Assembly (NCBI GenBank): GCA_051362555.1
Contig: CM120645.1
Location: forward strand, 4,526,001-4,590,000
DNA length: 64,000 nucleotides
Reading direction: 5' to 3'
Source of the DNA: Lingula anatina
Taxonomy: Eukaryota; Animalia; Brachiopoda
The notes beneath the pieces are model-generated. The model was not told the DNA's origin, made no database searches, and worked only from the letters and a program-made list of their open reading frames with translations. This document shows positions 58,301 through 64,000 of this stretch, one piece after another (positions within the stretch are counted from its first letter, which is position 1; each line of letters opens with the position of its first letter). Made by a program: the position numbers and the translations under genes.

Positions 58301-58610
58301 TGGCCTAACGGTTTTCCTTAAAATGTGTTTACAGGGTTGCATATATGCTGAAAAGTGAAAAAACAGCATAACATCTACTATAATGGCCCGATCATGCTGA
58401 TTTTCGAACTTGACCTGCGTTTTATGAATATTCATCAGCTCTGTAAATATAAAAGCAAAAAATAAAACTGTGTTCCACTTATCGTGTTTACAAGGAAAGT
58501 GCATGGCATCGGCATCGCCATCGGCATCGGCATCGCCATCGGCGACGACGGCGACGACAGACGCAGGTGATGGCAATATGTACAGACACATCTGTGTCTG
58601 TACATAAAAA
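55369..58610 (-). mobile_element. Helentron/HINE of the same family as 16149-17983, internally duplicated or concatenated
   Basis: Same AACAAGGCAGCAAAGCTGTCAAATGTACAGACA end. The terminal palindrome occurs twice (partial at ~57134-57155, complete at ~58578-58610). ~57170-58610 repeats ~55980-57155. Confidence 0.85.
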
Positions 58611-60340
58611 TTACTCCAAAAGACATTTTCCTCCTACTTTTTGAAACTTGTGTCACATGACAGTCATAAAATTTAACTAATTGTTATGTGTGCAACACAC
58701 TTGCTTGAGCAGTATTTTTTTTTTTTTTTGCGATTTTACATGTGGTCTAGCTTGGATACGACAATTGACAATTTTCATGAGTTCCGATCAAAAAGTGTTA
58801 CGCTTGTTACGGCCAAAAGCCTTACCGCTTTTTGTACTTTTCAAATGCAAGATTATAAAAAAATTTGGTGTGTTTAGATTCTTGAACATCTTGGTCGTGG
58901 CGTGGTATATATTGCATGGATACTGCTCCAATATTTCTTGAAAAAAATAACCCGATTTGTTCAGAATACCAATTTTTTACTCTAGTGTTATGGGTAAATG
59001 TACCATTTTGGCCTTTACCTTTTTCATGTCTAAATCTAAAAAGACTTATCATGACAGTTGGTCATCATTTTTCTTCTCACCATGGTGGGTGGCTTTGGAG
59101 TGGTAACTTTGTTGTTAAAGTAAAGTGCTCAGTTTTTTTGACTGGAAAATTTTGCCTCCACCCAGCATTTTCCATCATGGCGGTCTAACAGGAAGTTTGA
59201 CTTCACAGTGTCTTTGGTATAGTTATTTTTAACTTATTTAGTCTTCTTTTTACATATATATGTTTTAATTCATATTAAACCTTTGAAAAAAGAACACACA
59301 TTAATCCTGGTGCTTCTTAATTTAAAGTCTTAAGGTTTTAAGTTCACCTAGGCTCCACCAATAGAGGTTGTCCGGGTTCTCAACGAGAAGACCACATTTC
59401 CCCGTGATTTTATGAGATCTGCCTTGAGGTGGGGTTAAAATATGGAGACCACAAGGAAGTAGAGCAGCGATTTCTTTACTTGAAAAATAGCTGAACTTCC
59501 AAAATTTTTGAGCTACAGGCTTGTTCTTTTTTCACTTTATAAAGAAAAAGTATTGATATAATATGTACGTACAACTGACGTGAGATTCATTTGCAACCTT
59601 TTTGTCACTTTATGGGAGTGGCATGACTGTTTTGCTTTCAATGAGATCAATGTTGAAAGTAGGTCCATGTACATTCTACAAGCATTGGACATTTGTAAAT
59701 AAAATAATCCAGTCCTGTCAAGGGCTCAATTGCTTCATTTTTAGGTTATCATAATTACTAAATTTAAATTTTGAACAACAAAAGCTTCATAACTGCAACT
59801 TATTTTTCTTTATGTTTTGCTATTAAACTTTATTTTTAAAGAAGTAAAATAAAATCATTTGACATTTCATTTACTGATGGATTGCATATCAGAACATTAG
59901 ACTTGCCTGCATCTTTGTTTTAATTTCACTAAATTTATAGTAACTAGTTCAAAAAGCTCAAATTTGATCATAAAGTTAATTTTCTTCATTTATTTACTTA
60001 TGAAATGATGCTATAGAAACTAGTGGATAGCATTCACAAAATGTAAGTTTTATTGTGATCAGATCTGACTTAAATGACAGGAAAGATGGCAAAAGAAAGT
60101 ATTAAAATGGACAACATATAAGTTGAAATGTTCACAGAATCATTGCATTTTATTGACAGTTATACACAAATACAACAAATAAACACAACATCAAAGGCGA
60201 ACTTGTATTTGTGATCCGAGAAAATGATATGAAAAACAGGTGTCATATAGTTATTAAAAAAGTCACTACAGTAACATAAAAATGATACTAGCAATAAAAA
60301 TTATTTTCTTCATTAAATTACTAGTGCAGTACAATACATA

Positions 60341-60388
<48 letters not shown>

Positions 60389-60876
60389 TAAAACCAAATA
60401 TTTATTTTAAAGTAATAAAGAAAATGCCTGATACTGTAAGTGACACCCAGGCAAAAATGCCATCTGTTGATTCCTGATATAATTTTAGTCAACAACATAA
60501 TAATTAAGGGCATAAGAGATTAATATACACTGAGCAATCTTCAACATCTGATTATCCTGACCACATGATTCTCACAGTTCTTGCCTGGTTCAATAACATG
60601 TGCTGTGTCTGTCATGCTCTAAAATAAAAAAAATAATTAACTCACTTAGTTTTCTGAAATATATATCATTATGTGATAAACGTTGTTGTAAAATACCAAC
60701 TCTAATTTCTATCTTACTTGCAATTATCATAACTGACCACCCGGCATGGAATGTTACAAACGCAACTGAACATTGTGTATACTTAATAGGTGTGGAAGGT
60801 TCACCAGTATTTCATAATCAGGTACACGTTATATGGAGACAGGAATGGTATAAGCAAATTTGTCTGATATAGTTAC

Positions 60877-60887
60877 CAGGCCCGTAG

Positions 60888-60920
<33 letters not shown>

Positions 60921-61073
60921 GTTTGGGGGGTTCGAAAGAACCACCCTTTTTGCTGGGAAAAGATCCACTCTGGGTACAATTTGATCTATGTACTTGAGGA
61001 TTTTATGGTAAAAGGTCCACTTTTTCAGAAAACGACCCCCCCCCCCCCTCTAAAATTGCTGGCTACGGGCCTG
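60877..61073. mobile_element. hAT-like MITE (TIR CAGGCCCGTAGCC, poly-G/poly-C interior) with 5-bp TSD GTTAC
   Basis: GTTAC lies at 60872-60876 and 61074-61078. The 13-bp TIR is perfect. Confidence 0.85.
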
Positions 61074-63030
61074 GTTACCGTAAAAGACTATTAATCACAA
61101 GTACTAGGGCTGTATTACGTGGTGTCCTGTAAACTACACACACAAAACTTACTTATTAATATGTCCCTCGACCGTTGATGATAGGCCTACGGTCTATACG
61201 GTGATGCCATGAAGTCCCTTTCTTCCTACAAAATATTGCGACCTGATCTGTACTTTAAATATGTCGGCACTTAGTCCTTTTAATCTGTTCAAGCCCAACT
61301 ACTTCTCTTTCTTTACTGCACTTCTCTCGCCAGTCGTGTCTGTCATCCATGGTCATTTTCCTGGTTTTCTCGGTTAGGTTTTACTGCAATGCACCCTACG
61401 ACACAACATTAGCAATTTGCCATTGCGTTGCTCTATCTCAAATTACATGACAACGCCAAAATTTACTCAATGCAATCCTATAACATAGACTTGTGCACAA
61501 CCGCGAGAGAAGTTTCAATGGCAGATTTTAACCCCACCTCTCGTGAAATCTCGCTCCAATCCAGGTCTCGTTTGACGTCATCTGCTGCGCAGATGTTCAA
61601 AAAAGGCTATCTCGGATGTTTCCTATTACTTTACCTGTTATCTCACTACACATCTCTCTTGGAGTCGAGGTGTGTAAGACACACCTTATTGTGTAAGACA
61701 CCTCTATAATTAAGGGGTACTTGCTTCTCTACTTAAATTATACTTCACTACTTTGGCATGTTAGGTGGCAAGCTTGGATGTTTCAGTTCATTTTAAGAAA
61801 GAAGCTTTGCCTTGGTGGTTACAAAAGAATAGAACTCTATTAAGGTTTATTCATTACTTGAAATTAAATATTTCATCTTGTAGTGTTGAAACAGAAATTC
61901 TCTCAAAATTGATAATGAATTTGACATGCATATCTTAACACTACTCAAGTTTTTTTTCTATTATAGATATGGGAGAAGGCTGCATTGAATATATGAATTA
62001 TGGTCAGGCTGGAAAAAATTAAAATATGTCAATGAAAAAAGGAGGTCAGTGTGTCTGGGGTAAGTTACTTTTGTCATAATGCCTAAGATGCATTAAACAT
62101 TCACTAACAACAGTACCCTTTTTAATTTTTTTTTCAAAATACAACAACCTTGGGCATTTTCCTTTTAGCAACCAGCCTCTCTGAAATCCCCTTTTTGTCC
62201 TGTCAGAAGAGTAGGGACCAGGGCGGATTTAAATAATTTCTTGTAATAAGTACAATTTCTTTCAATTTCTTGGGGTTATTAGCTGGTGATCATGAATCTT
62301 GATGTTCTATATAAATTTAGTTGTAAATTGTTCATTTATGTGGTGAACATTATTTCAGTCAAGTCATAACAAGACACATTAAACTTCACTGCATAATTCC
62401 ATAATGTCTACATGGATACTAGTAGTTCATAATGCTATTATTATGTTCTATTTTCTAACCTACAGGTTTCTCTCTTTTCTGAGTGGCATGGCATTAGCAA
62501 GGCAGAAGAAAAGGCCCTGAAGAAATTCTCACTTGAGTTGTCCTTTTTGGAGAAGAAACTGGATAAGACTGGCCAACAGAGATTGCATTAAATTAATAGT
62601 GCTCCTTTTGACATTTTAAAATATTTTCAGTCACCTAACTGACTCTATACATTGCAAAAGTGGACATAAATTTTATGTTACTGTTACGTGGAAAAAAATT
62701 CAAAACCTATATATAAATTGTTGAGTGCCATGGTATAACAGTCTACCTAATTGCCAGTGAAATTTCTGTTTCAGTGAAATTTTTTAAAGAAGTCACTTAC
62801 TGCTTACTTACCAGTTAATTTTTTCAGCTGTTACATTTTATAAATGTTCTTACTAAGTGTTGTCTTGATCTATAATAACCTTTTGAAAATCCCATGTTTT
62901 TCATCCTATTTGTAAGAATTAACCACTTTATCTTCTAGGATTTTTTTTTTCATTCGGCCCATTAGATTCTCAGACCTTGCTGGCCTGTAAGTGGAATAGT
63001 ATCTGGCACAGACTGGTATCAGCAAGTCAG

Positions 63031-63180
63031 ACAAGGCAGCAAAGCTGTCAAATGTACAGACAAAAAACAAAAAATAAAGATGCAAAATAGGTCATTTTGT
63101 CAATTTTGATGCAATAATAAATAATGCTTATAATAGCACTGTCAGTCAACACTGAATTTTAATCATGCACAACAGGTAAA
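63031..63180 (-). mobile_element. Truncated end of the same Helentron family
   Basis: ACAAGGCAGCAAAGCTGTCAAATGTACAGACAAAAAAC matches the ends at 16150 and 55370. Confidence 0.75.
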
Positions 63181-63597
63181 ATGGTCAATAACATGAGCGG
63201 AACCAGAGATGTTTTCTGACAGTATTCCAAAGTATCTATTTTGATCCATCCTCCATTTTGATGGTCTTCCAACAGAAGAAAAAATTGATACCAGGCAATA
63301 TAAACTTAATAACCTGACTGTCTTCCGGAAGACCCAGAAGATGGTCTCAATCTACCCTTTCAATAAGATTACAGTTTCAGGACCATGAGTTTAAATCCAC
63401 ATGATGATAGTCTCAATATTTGAAAAATGATGACAGTGCATAAAATAATATTACATAAGTAACATAATGTTTAAAGACATAAAAAACAATACAACTGCTT
63501 ATGTGGAAATACAGAAATGTCAGAGCCTCAGGTGGATGAGAGTTAAAAGTCACAAATGCAAGTGTTTGAGAAAAAATTATAAAGGAAAACATAACAA

Positions 63598-63783
63598 AAC
63601 TAGAAAAGCGCTCCGAGAGTGCAGACCTCTGCCAAGGTAGCAATTGTTGATTATTATTGATTATTGTCCTCTTTGGCCCACTTCTGACAGTTCCTGAAAA
63701 TTTCAGCAAAATCGGTCCATAACTTTTTGAGTTATGTTGATGACAAACAGGGGTGAAAATATAACCTCCTTGGCAGAGGTAAA
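63598..63783 (-). mobile_element. Small HINE of a second family (~185 bp)
   Basis: AACTAG followed by the hairpin GCGCTC-CGA-GAGTGC and the subTIR ACCTCTGCCAAGG. The other end reads AACCTCCTTGGCAGAGGTAA. Confidence 0.7.
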
Positions 63784-64000
63784 TATAATTCCAATGAAGC
63801 TGCTATTCAAACTTTTAATCTTTGAGTTTGATATATATATATATATATTAAAAACTTATTTGCAATATTAAACAAAATTCACCTGCATAATTATCACTGC
63901 TTCCTTATTATTAATCTAGCAGAGAGCTTAACCTATGGGAGTTTACAGGGAAATATCAACAAGTGTGCTTTATGTAATTTCATTTAATGGCCGATTAATT

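Noticed and set aside
56725-58591. Paralogous 140- and 147-aa ORFs beginning MCLYILPSPASVVAVV
   Set aside because: They are translations of the Helentron terminal palindrome, microsatellite and tandem units, with no recognisable domain.

Overview
AT-rich, intron-rich animal genomic DNA. It is probably a lophotrochozoan invertebrate such as a mollusc, inferred from the repeat types. The gene-dense left three quarters holds two tandem SLC16/MCT transporter paralogs (+), DDX20/Gemin3 (-) head-to-head with twinfilin (+), and TIMMDC1 (-) head-to-head with an RBM5/RBM10 homolog (+). Exons were reconstructed by hand from splice signals, and the summed CDS lengths are in frame for MCT copy 2, DDX20, TWF and TIMMDC1. 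The right quarter is repeat-rich, with a Mag-type Gypsy LTR retrotransposon (uninterrupted 1255-aa gag-pol ORF, truncated 3' end) and concatenated Helentron/HINE elements carrying ~160-bp satellite-like arrays. The most notable signals are a U12-type AT-AC intron and a candidate 6-nt microexon in twinfilin, a 74-nt frameshifting cassette exon in RBM5/10 (possible AS-NMD autoregulation), three unrelated CAG-ended MITEs that all have 5-bp TSDs (hAT5-like), a 642-bp MITE with an 8-bp TSD and multiple CCAAT boxes, and exon-restricted near-identity between the MCT paralogs. No clearly new multi-gene system could be supported from the sequence alone.
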